Source: Phoronis australis
Taxonomy: Eukaryota > Animalia > Phoronida
Direction of reading: 5' to 3'
Assembly (NCBI GenBank): GCA_002633005.1
Contig: NMRA01000005.1
Location: forward strand, 1,603,048-1,667,047
DNA length: 64,000 nt
Below, in pieces: positions 40,052 to 52,000 of this stretch. A program made the translations under genes and the position numbers. Under the pieces are notes generated by a model. That model was not told where the DNA came from and ran no database searches. It saw only the letters and a list, made by a program, of their open reading frames with translations. Position 1 is the stretch's first letter. The number at the start of each line of letters is the position of its first letter.

Positions 40052-43000
40052 TTAGCTAGACTGATTAAGAACATTCTTCAGTATAGCCCCGCCGCTGGGT
40101 GTGGAACTGCGCGAACTGGTTGCACTGTTCTGGGCTGGCTCCGTTGCACTTAACACAGGGGTGAAGGTGGGTATAGCAGACATGAGTAGCTGTGAGTCTG
40201 ACTGACCCTGCAGCTCACCCAGCCTGACTGGTTGGCTGGCGTGCTTTGGCGCCGAGAACGGGTTGAACGCGGGACGCTGATGCTGTTTTTGTTGCTCTTC
40301 TTTCACCATGGCTTCAACAGGCAGCTTCAACTGTGGTTTGGGGGACGACTCCCTCTCTAGGAAGTTGACAAACAACTCTGAGAAGGACTGAAATAGACAG
40401 GAAGTAAAAATGAGAGTAACAAACATTTAGAACTGTGAATCGTATTGCACGTAAAAGCAACTTTGCAAAATAACCAGGGAATCCTGTGTTTACCCGTAGT
40501 TTTCGGTGTAAGTGAAATTAGCCGTTACCAAGGGGAAACAGTATTCTCCGATGACTTCTGGCATGCCCTCTATGACGAATAGTCAAATTCAATTGGATTG
40601 AAGTAAAAAATTAACGACCGGAAATTTTTAACGACACGATAATAATCAAGATGAAGTGTGACCAATCTTGATCATGCATTCAATGAATGATAACGGATAA
40701 AACCCTAAACATACTTCAAACATGAAGAGAGTTTTGAATTTGCGTTTCATTTTTGGAAGCAAGCCACGTAAAGCTAAAGGGCACTATCAAACTATCAAAT
40801 CAATCCAAGAAATATACAGGCATTGCTTACCTGGTTAACTTGACCTTTGGAAGGAGTGACTGGTGGAGTGGGCTTGCTTCCCCACAGACTAGGTAACCAG
40901 CCCCTGCCTGAAGATTCAGCACCGATCTGTAAAACAGTGCATGGCATGTCATTTCATCTGTTCAATCATGCAAGCCCAAGTTATCCACACTAACATGACT
41001 TCAACAAGCTCAGCCTATCACATGACTACACAAACTAGAGGTTTTTGAACCAGCACTTTAAGTTGTATATTCTTTTCAGGGGTTCATGAACTCACTTGAA
41101 ATGGGAAATAAATGATACTCCTTACATACAAGTTGATTTGCTCTAGCAAACTAGAACTTTCCAAGGAATTAAAAGATCACTCTTGGAGATCTCTCGACTC
41201 GCGGCCATTTTTGATCTCATCTGCAAAGTCCCCATGGACTATGAATTGCATTATTACGGCCATGCTTTCATACAAATGCTATTTAGTACTAAATGTTTTA
41301 GTTGACTCGTGGAGTGCATCATTTGAAAAAATCTTATGTGGCATAGCGAATTTCTCACAGATGCTGGCTTTACAGACTGTGCATTGTAAAGCATATCCAT
41401 GAAACCCAGAGAACATTAATTTCTCTGATCACCTTTAGTATGCTTTATATTTGTTGTTTGTGTGATGTTTATGTTTTCATAATCGGACATACAGTACAAG
41501 ACAAACGTAGCCAGAAAAATACACTGTACAAGACAAAAGTAGTCGGACAAAATACCATTTCCCATTATGAAGGTAAATTCAGTCAGTTAACCGCAAGAAC
41601 ATCCAGTAATAACTATTATGAGGGCAAAATTATGGGGGAATGGCTTACTAGAGAAGTTACTAATTTTAGTTCCTGTTAACTCCCCTTCATTCTGGAAACC
41701 CACTCCGACAATAAATTTGGCTTCTGCCCGGTCATCAGGATGGGGAATTCTGGGTATTTTGTCTGATTAATGTTGAAGTGAACTGTAGGTCCACACAGCA
41801 AGTGAGAACGTATGTGTCTTAAGTCAAAACAGTGGAGTAGCTCGGACTATTGTAGCTTAGGGCAGAACATAGAAGTGTCTATTTACACGCAAGACATTGT
41901 GAAGTAGATACCCTGTCATTGGGTTACCATGGCGAGTTGTGGGGCATACCTGAACCAGCTGGTCATGAGTAAAGTCTAGCACACTTCCAACCAAGCGCAA
42001 CACTTCCTGTCTCTTGGCCTGTGGTGCCGTGAAGTAACCCATAAACAAGTTCTTTATGACAGCTCTGCAACGAGAAAGCCATAAGACTCACTACACAGAC
42101 TAGTGGGAGCAGGTCGAGAACTTCTGTTAGGGCCAACATAAAGTGAATTATATTGCATCATTATGCAAAACAAAAAAGTGTAACAGCCCACAGAGAGGGT
42201 ACCATAATCGGAATGGACCCAACATCAAATGGAGCCATTCTGTCAGTGGTAAGAACATGCCAATAAAATGTCATCTAATACCATGACATTGTACCAAATG
42301 TTATCAACAGAAATCAGTTGTAGAGCAGTATTATTATGCTAAAACAGTACAATACTGATTCTGATATCACTTAAACAACTATGTGAATATACTCAGTAGG
42401 TATGCTATTATACTTCAGGGGGTTATATCTGTTTTTGTTAGAGACAATGAGTACTTTCATGAAAAATCAAGAGTCAACTCATGGTCAAGTCGCCATGTCT
42501 CAGCGTTCAACAACTGAAATATAAGCCAACCATGCAGCAGTGGTCAGAGCTAAGTAAACATACTTGTCCACTTTTCCTTCAGTGCTTGTACTCAGCTGAT
42601 GAATGCGATCTTCAGCCTCTTTCAGTTGGTTCTCTCTTAGTTCAACTATAACACACGGAAAATGGGTAAAGAACAGAAGGTACAACTTGTTCATGATTGT
42701 CTCCAATTCTTTATCTTTAAAGAGACCTTCTTAAAATAGTTTCAGTTTAATCATATCTCAACAGAAGTGTCGTCAAACTTCTCTTATAACAGCCCTACTA
42801 TCAATTATGTGAAACCTTCCTCTTACAAATTGACACATCTTAAAAGCCCATGCCTCAATGAGAGAGTTGGAAGTGGCAAAGAGTGCCCACCACTTTTTTG
42901 AAAGGTGCCAAGGGAGCTCCTTTAAGAAAAATGGTCAATCAGTAAAACAATGTTTTCAGTGAGAGCCACCTGATGCCTACTGAAAATCCCCGGTAGAATT

Positions 43001-46000
43001 AAAATTTGTAAAAATTGACAAATACAGCCGGTTATGATAGCCATGAGGTAACCTCACTGAGATTCCAGATTTCTAGCCATATCACCTAACTTCAAACAAT
43101 CAGAATACAATTAGAACTCAGTACTAGATAGTCGCCATCCCTAATTTCAGACCAGTTTATCCCTAATATTAATCGCAAACTGTGCAAAATATCGCGATCT
43201 GACGTCACCCCACTGTGCATATGCTGTTATGAGAGGGTTAGTCGATAGGAGCCACAGCTGGTCGAGTATCACATAGACACTGAAGTCCAACACAGTCAGT
43301 ACCTGATGTAATACTCACTGACTGTTGGCCATGCATGCATGCACACGCTTCATGCACCAATAGTAACCAGAGGAACTGGATGTTGCTATGGCAATATACT
43401 ATTAAGCCTGCCAGCGTAATCTTGTCAAATCAGTAAACATTGGATTTTCATAATAATTAGTTATTGAAGTCTGTAAGTAGACAAAGTGCCCAGTCCCGCT
43501 GCTATGCCATTACATCAAATCAAACTTCCAGTAGTGAGTGAATGACGGTGCTAATTACGCCTAGCATTGTGAGGGTTAAAGGGACAAAATTCATTATGCG
43601 CTATCTGCTACAACCGCAGACCACGTGCACTAACCGACGTGTTAGTACATTAGTAGGTTAGAGAGATGTCTGTGAAATCTCACCTAGTAACTTGAGGCGG
43701 AACCATCTCAATAATTACCAGCTGAGATTAAACAAACAGCTTTTAAGTCATCAAAGAGTGACGAGTTGCCTACAACTCTACTCGAATACATGCGCTTGTA
43801 TTAGATATTATCAGCAACCAAGATGGGCCACGTTATGTGAAGAACTACAGCCCGTAAAGATATGGCCAACAGAGTCAAATCATCATGTTGCAAAACTAGA
43901 GATCAACAACAACGTGAGCATAGGAACGATTCCAGAACAACAAGAATGAGACATAATTAAAACAAAGACACCAACAAGACAAGCTTGGAAACAACAGTTT
44001 CATTCGACAACAGTTTGTTTGGTCAGTGAGGAGACAGACAGTGGATTGCCGTGGAAACGATGCAGGAGTTGACGACGACGGCGTGCGCTGTGTGAAACAG
44101 TGGTGACAGTGAGCCTATTACTATAATACCAGGCTGGATCCCGAGGTCACTCCAGCTCAGAATTACCAGCTGATATTAAAGCAACAGTGTAAAGCACATG
44201 CAGTTAACAGATCATGCAACAGGTGGCGCCAGTTACTGTGCTGTGTTAGTCGTGTGATCGAATAGAAGACAGCAGACTTCAGAACTACCTTGAGGGCGAC
44301 TAACAACAAGATGTTGAATGAGTCAGAATGGTGTCAACAGACAAGCATTTAGCATGAACTTTCCAGAACGTTATACAGGAAGTGTGAAAAAGACAACAAG
44401 ATTGTGGCCACCGGGTTGGTTAGTAGTTAGTTGGCATGCATTGGTGAAACCTCGGCTGATAATCAGGAGGATACAAAGAACAACTCGCAATTACCAGCTG
44501 AGATTAAACCACTGCTACGGTATGACATTAGCAACACAACAACCCAACAGGCAGTACGATACTAGGGTTACTCAGACAAGGATGAAACGACAGTCAGGTA
44601 ACCACAGATCAATAAGAACAACAGCAAATGAAACAGCTGCATGAGCTACAGTGCTGTATGAAATTCTGCTGCCAGCCAACAGGTTTGTGTGGCTGGTCTA
44701 TAATCTCATATATCAAGCCAGTTGTGGTAGAATTACGTTATAGAAGAGTCAGCGTGTACAGGTTAGTATAAACAGTGAATGGCGAAAGAGATGATCGTTT
44801 TTCACGGTTAAATGGGATGCTAATAGCAGTATTGCAGTGAAGAATCACAGCAGTTCTACGAACGCTCAGTTAAAGTCACATACAATCAATGTCATCTTTT
44901 GAAGGGGTATGGATGCCCTTTAAATTTTTTGATGAAGCGAGCTCTGGTGTCTGATATGGTGAGCTAATATTCATTTATTGCTTTGGACACGGTATTTGCC
45001 AAGACAAACATCAATTATTTCAGTTTGAAAGAGACACTCTTTTTATCCTTTGATCTTATTACTGTGTGTGACTTTTAGAACGAAAGTTAAGTTTTTAAAT
45101 AAAGTACAGCGTGGTTTGCCAGCTTAAGGCAACATGCACCACATACAGACAGATAGGCGTGAACAACACGCATCACATTCATACAGCTAGGCGTGAACAA
45201 CATGCATCACATTCATACAGCTAGGTGTTAACAACATGCATCACATTCATACAGCTAGTTGTGAACAACATGCATCACTTTCATACAGCTAGGTGTGAAC
45301 AACATGCATCACATTCATACAGATAGGCGTGAACAACATGCATCATATTCATACAGCTAGGTGTTAACAACATGCAGTGGTCACTGATGTTGTGTTGTTA
45401 CCTTCGTGCTTCAGGGCGTTCATTGCCTCATCCTTACGGTCCAGCTGTTCACTCAACCTGAGGGCTGCCTCCAGTGCATCAGACTGTTCCACCACCTCAT
45501 TCTAAAACAACATGGTGTTGGGAGATATTCAGCTGCAGGGTCGCCAGCAAAGGAAGTTGTGTAAAAACATTGTTACTGGGCATATACTAGGAGCATGTGA
45601 GTAAAGGGAAATACAGCCCGTTCATTCCAGGACAGTATAGCACACTGGTCTCAGCTATTAACTATCACTTCAAATCTGGAATTTGCTGGCAGCCAATGAG
45701 CATTGGGATGGTGTTGGCTCTTGTCTGCATGTCCTTGACCTTAAGTGCATGAAAGAGAGTGGCTATGTTGCAAATGACTTTTGTGGAAAGCTGTAGTGAG
45801 CACTGGAATGGTACTCTGATAAAAAATGAATTAAATAACAAATAGCCAATTAACATTTCAACACTCACCAGTGACAGCGGTATTGAAATGATAGTTTCAG
45901 ATAAAGCTTGAACTTGGATCTACGGAACAAACTTATCATGATTGCAATGAAACACTTTGAGGATAAGAGTTAGGGTAACAACACTGAGGTAGATATACCT

Positions 46001-49000
46001 TGAGTTGGGCCACCTCTACCTTCAGTGACATACACTCCTGCTTCTGGTTCTCCAACTCCTTTAGGTGTTGCTCCTGCTCGACGGCCTTCTCTGTCTGGAA
46101 CTGCTCTAGCACCATCTGTAGGTTGGCAAGAGAGTGCGCGTACTGGCGAGTCTGTTCCTGACTAGACTGCAGCTGTAGGACTGCTTGGTCCCGCTGACTT
46201 GCCACTTGGTGGAGCTGCTGTTGCAGGTTATCCATTTGCTGGCTGGCTTGCAAACTGCGAGTTACATGACATACTTAAAGGTTCTTGTCCGATCTAGTCA
46301 GTTGGTTATAAGAAATAATAACATTATAAAATCAATATTCACACCTGAACTACATCATTGAACCATTAGCTCTCTAAAAAATTATCATTTTCTAGAATTT
46401 ACCAGTCACAACAATACTTCTACTAAGCTCCGTAATCCATATACTTAACAAACCCTCCCACTTCCTATTTGTGATGACCCCTGTAACAAGGGTATGAGTG
46501 TCCCGCATGTGTTCTTACTTGACACTCTCCACAGCACTTGAAGATGACTGTGCCTTCTCTTCAGCCACAGCCAGACGTGTCCTGAGATCTTTTTCACGCT
46601 CTTCCGCCTCTAACGCTTCTCTGGTGTAGCCTTCTTCAATCTACAAGACAAATCATACACTGTGTGGCATGACCATGATGATGCGAAGAAACACGATGCA
46701 AGCATAAATGATCATATAAAAGTTTTAGTTGACAACAAACTGAGACATGCAGTAGTGAGGTGTAACACATGAAGAGCAGTCCTTGTTACTGCAGACACTG
46801 AAGTACACAGCTCACAGAAAACCTGTTGTCTTGATATACATTATAATCATCAATTTTTTGCTTAAAATCAATTGCAGATGAGAAGGTTACATCTCATACA
46901 TAAAACACTTCTTCATACCATCACTAAATGTTCTTTTATCAGATGTATTCCAAAAACTAAACTTGATGGAGTAGTAACCCCATTAAACAGCAATAATCAT
47001 ATCCCCATTACATCCCTCAGTACTAACTTGTAGGTGAGCCCTCAGTACTAACCTGTAGAAGAAGAGCTCTCAGTACTAACATGTAGAATGTGAGCTCTCA
47101 GTACTAACCTGCAGAATGTGAGCTCTCAGTACTAACCTGCAGAATGTGAGCTCTCAGTACTAACCTGTAGAATGTGAGCTCTCAGTACTAACCTGCAGAA
47201 GGCGAGCCCTCCGTACTAACCTGTAGAACGAGAGCTCTCAGTACTAACCTGTAGAATGTGAGCTCTCAGTACTAACCAGGGCTTGGAATTTTCTGCGGAA
47301 ACGCGGATTTCCGCTTTTTTGAAATGTGCTTTCCGCTTTTTTTATAATATTTCCGCGTAAAAAAATCGGATTTGACATGAAATTTCCGCGGCAAATTCCT
47401 TTCTTACCGCGGCGTTGCAGACGATGTTCACCTCGGAAAGCGGAAGTCTTTATGTTTCGGAGGAACGTAAATTGCCAACATTGCCGGAGCATCTGGGTAA
47501 AGCGTGGTGTGATTTTCAATGGCGGCTCGTGTTATTGTTAAGCGCGCCGACAAATACTACCGCTCTGCAGCCAAATTTGTGTGAGTTGGGAGTGGACGGG
47601 CGAGCGAAAAGGACGCAGACGCATGCTACTGATGGTGGTAACGTTTTTTTTTTTTTTTTAGTCCTCCCGATTTTTGTCGCGGAAAGGTTCACATTGACCA
47701 TTTCAAAGGCTGGTTATCGGGCATGATTTGGGCCGTAAAAGTTTCCGCGTTTTTGTCATTGGTCATTCCAAGCCCTGACTAACCTGTAGAAGGCGAGCCC
47801 TCAGTACTAACCTGTAGAACGTGAGCTCTCAGTACTAACCTGTAGAATGTGAGCTCTCAGAACTAACCTGTAGAATGTGAGCTCTCAGAACTAACCTGTA
47901 GAAGGTGAGCCCTCAGCCTCTCCAGTTCCTTGGACAGTTTCTGCTCCTGGCTTTTCAGTAGGCTGACTTGCTCTACCAACTGACTATTCTCTAGCTGGCG
48001 CTGCTGCAGGGCCAGAAGCACCTGGTCCCTCTCCTGTTGAAACATGCGTGATTGTGACTGCAAGCTCTCACTCTCCTGCAGTAGGCGACCCACTTCACTA
48101 CTCTCGCCTCGCTCACGGGCCTAGGAAAGAATAACAGAGTGTGAACACACGAGATGATACTATACCATATCCCATCCAGTAACTCTGAATGGTCTACGCT
48201 TACTTTTATGACCAGCTTCTTTTGTTTGTGGACATGGTAACAGAGATGGAAGATATTGATACCACTGGCATCACTCATCACAGAATAGGCTGACTTGGCT
48301 TGAGCATGTAACAGCCCAATTGGCATTTTTTAGGTTTACTATCCAAACAGCCCTAAGGGATACGGAGACATTTGATTCCGGGAGAGAGCCGTGAATAGTT
48401 TTTGAAATAGTTACAGATGAACTTATCAATTATTCTAAACACAATTTAAGCACTGATTTGTTAATAACGAAGCAGAATTTAAGATTGAACTAATAGCGTG
48501 AGCTAGTGGTAAAGCAAGCATCTTGTAACTAAAATACCACATATTCAAATCTCCCTTGGCTGTACAGCTACACCTCGATACCAACCTCATGCTTCCTAGT
48601 TTCGTTTAGTGTGAACGCATGAAATTGTATTATTAAGTGTGAGTTTAGGAGCATAACACAGTGGAAAACCTGTAATTCGGGAGGTTCCTTGTGGAGAAGA
48701 CCTGATGTGGACCTGATTCATAATTTGTGTTTAACCTGTCAATTTGATGGATTTTGAGGCTCACTTGTGGTTGCTTATTCGCACTTGCACCAGCAACATG
48801 TGCCCAAGCGATTCAGTGCTGTTTCCCACAATATTGTTTACACGTCAACGAGTTATCAGTGTTTACGAGCCGAAAACCATCCCACACTGCACGTGACAAT
48901 CATCAGCAATGCAGTACAAGAATCCCCTCAAATTCTCACAGGTGTTTTCAATGTCAATATGTGGTACAAAAAGTTAGCAAAAAATTTGCATCTAAAAGCT

Positions 49001-52000
49001 TTTAGTTGCTTTAGAGACGAAATCTTTCACTATCACTAATAACCCATTCTATCAAACAACGCAGCCTATAAGCAATGACTCCTTTTCACAGCAGTGGACA
49101 GGTCACAGTATACACTACACAACTCACCTGAGCCATGCTGGCCACAGAGTTCACCTTGTCCTTCAAACTGTTCACTTCATACTCCCTGTCTCTCACAGAC
49201 AATGTCAATTTGCTGTTGATCTCCTTCAGCATGGCCACCTCAGCATCGTGATCTGAACACTTCTTCAGCAGACTCTGATTCTCGGACGTTAAATCGTGCA
49301 CGTTAGACTCCAGTCCTTCCATTTGAAATGTTAAACTGTCCACCTGCTTACGCAGAGAGCTGTTCTCAGACTCCTTAGCGTGAATGTCACGGTCTTTCTG
49401 GTTGTTTTGCTGCAACAGGTCACCTACGATGTTATCCTGAGGACATAAAAACAACTATCTTGAATACATGGACAATGAGGTAAGTTAAATTCGGATGGTT
49501 TCTTTCAAAACAGTGTTCAAAACATTTGATGGTTAAATATAATAGGCCGAGAATGTAATATTTTTTTCACAAAACTGAGACCATTGGAACCATTTACAAA
49601 AATGCGACCTGTTTCTCCTTTTAATTTATCTCAAAGCACATTTTACACAGTCCTATTTGAGCACAAAGCTAACCAATGGAAATTATGTTGTGCCTAACCT
49701 GAATATTTTTTTATGTCAACTGACCCTTTTTCCAAAATGATCCTATAACAAAAATGTTACAATGAACATTAATGAACAAGGAAGCTTACCTTCTCTAGAA
49801 GAGCCTGTTTCTGCTTCACCAGTTTATCCTTCAACTCCTCTATCTGCTGGCTCTGAGCATCAAACAAAGACTTTGGCACATTAGCTTCCTCCTCTCGAGC
49901 AGACATATCACTAAGCATCTTTTCATTATCAGAGCACTTTTGCTTGGAGACCAGCAACTCATTCTGCACATCAACTAAACATTGCTTGTTGGCCTCGAAT
50001 GTCTGTGACAGTTGCTTGTACTGCTGTTCCAAAGTCTCCTTAGCATGCCCCTCCTCTTGTATAAATGCCGTTAGTCGCTGCACTTCCCCGTGGTATGCTA
50101 CCGCCTCCTGGTGTTTCTGATTGACAAGCGCGATCATTTGTTCACGCTCGCTCTGATAAGCAGCAAGCTGCTTTACCAAAGCTTCCTTTTCTTGTAGCAG
50201 TCCTGTGATCTGCTCAGAGTCGACACTCTGACCCTGTGAGCCACTCTGTGGAGAACTCTCTTGTAACACTGCTAAGAGAGTTTGGTTCTTTTGTTGTAAA
50301 GAGTCTATCTCTAAGTCTTTGTCTCGAATGATACGCGACAAGTTATGAACAGCTTCCTTGGTCATGTCATGGTCTTGATCATCAGGTTTACGATGTATCA
50401 ACTCAGTCTTGTCATTCTGGAGCTTAGTCAAGGCTACTTTTTCCTGAGACACGGCATTCATGAGTCTATGAACTTCATTTTTTAAAGAACTATTTTCTCT
50501 AGACTTTTCATTAAGCACAGCCATAATCTGCTCTTTCTCCATTTTGTGTTTAGCTTCAGTTGCCTGAAGTTTGTGCAGTTCAGTTAAAGTGGAATCACCA
50601 TACACGGACAATGACTTGTCATCTAACATCTTAAACAAAGAGTTACTGTTTTCTCTCAACTCATTTATAACCTCGTCTTTGTCCCGGATAATTTTCCTCA
50701 TTTCCTTGATCTCGTCTGACACGGACTCCCGTTCAAGATGTTCCGTACGTTTGACCTCTGAGCTCCCACTCAAGAGCGAGTCACTATCGACAGCATCAAG
50801 TCTCATTGAAGAACTACCTCGCTGCAGCGCTTCTAACGCCTGCATACATTCATTCAATTCATTGCACTTAGCTTCGAGATTAAGTTGAGAGGAGTCGAGT
50901 CTGTCGCTTAACTGCTCTATTTCTTGGTCCCGGGCAGTTATTTCCTCCTTAAGAATATCACAGTGTTTGTTAAGTTTTGACACCTCTCTGTCACATCTTA
51001 CCTTTACTTCATCAATGTCCTTCTTCAGCACTGACACCTCCTGCTCCCTCTCTACAAGAGACAGCTCTAAATGAGCCACCTTCTGTTCCTCACCTAAATG
51101 CCCATGCCCGTCCACAGATTCAGTACTACTCTGCACTATGGTAGGCTCTCCCTTCCACTCTATCATACCCGCCACAGCTGCGCCCTCTGTGGTTACAACA
51201 CCAGCTTCTACACTACTCAGTCTTTCTAGCTTCTTCCTGATTTCTTCTGACCCTTGCTCATCTTCCAGCCTGCACTTCAGTTGATTTCGCTCCTGTTCCA
51301 CACTTTTCAGTTGCTGTTCCAACAAAGTCAGTTGTATACCATAACGCTCAAGATTTTCCTCAGACTGACTTAATTTTAGCAAATGTTCATGTTTCTTTTC
51401 ATTTAACAACGCTATACCACATTCGTGTTCTTCAACCACCTTTTGAAGATCAGTAATTTCCCTATCCTTATCAGAGATTGTGTAATTTAGAGAATTAATC
51501 TCAGATTCAAGTTCAGTAATAACATCTAATGTCCTAGTATCAATATTTTCAGAATCTTGCTTAGCTCTCAATGCTTCAAGTTCACCAAACAGCTTCTTGT
51601 TTTCTTCCCGTACGCTTTGGAACAAGTTCTCAATGTCTTTATATCTGTTCAGATCTGACTCGGCATGTTCCAAGTTCTGTGACAACCTAACGTTCTCCTC
51701 CACCACTGCCGTATGTTCTCTCCTCACAGTGGCCAGTTCATGCTCCCGCTCACTGATCAGGTCTGTAAGAGGTTGCTGGCCATCAATAGTCGACTGCAGC
51801 AGCTCCTTATTGTCCTCCAACTCCGACCTCGTCTCCTCAAGCTCCGCCTCTAGTTTACTGATCTCCATCTCCTTCCCATGCACCAGCTTCATCACCTTCT
51901 CATGCTCCTGCTGAAGAGAGCTGGAGTCCATCTCTCGGGCACTGGTCAACTCTTGTACATAGTTCTCCAGCTTCCTGCACTGCTCCGTGTACTTGTGCTC

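Noticed and set aside
43355-43410. Further hairpin next to mir-12 (AATAGTA/TACTATT)
   Set aside because: Pairing needs a large asymmetric bulge and is too weak to call without folding or read data.
43713-44510. Three spaced 20-bp direct repeats as a CRISPR-like array
   Set aside because: Spacing is 330-450 bp and irregular, the context is eukaryotic, and the repeats are explained as miR-216 paralogues.
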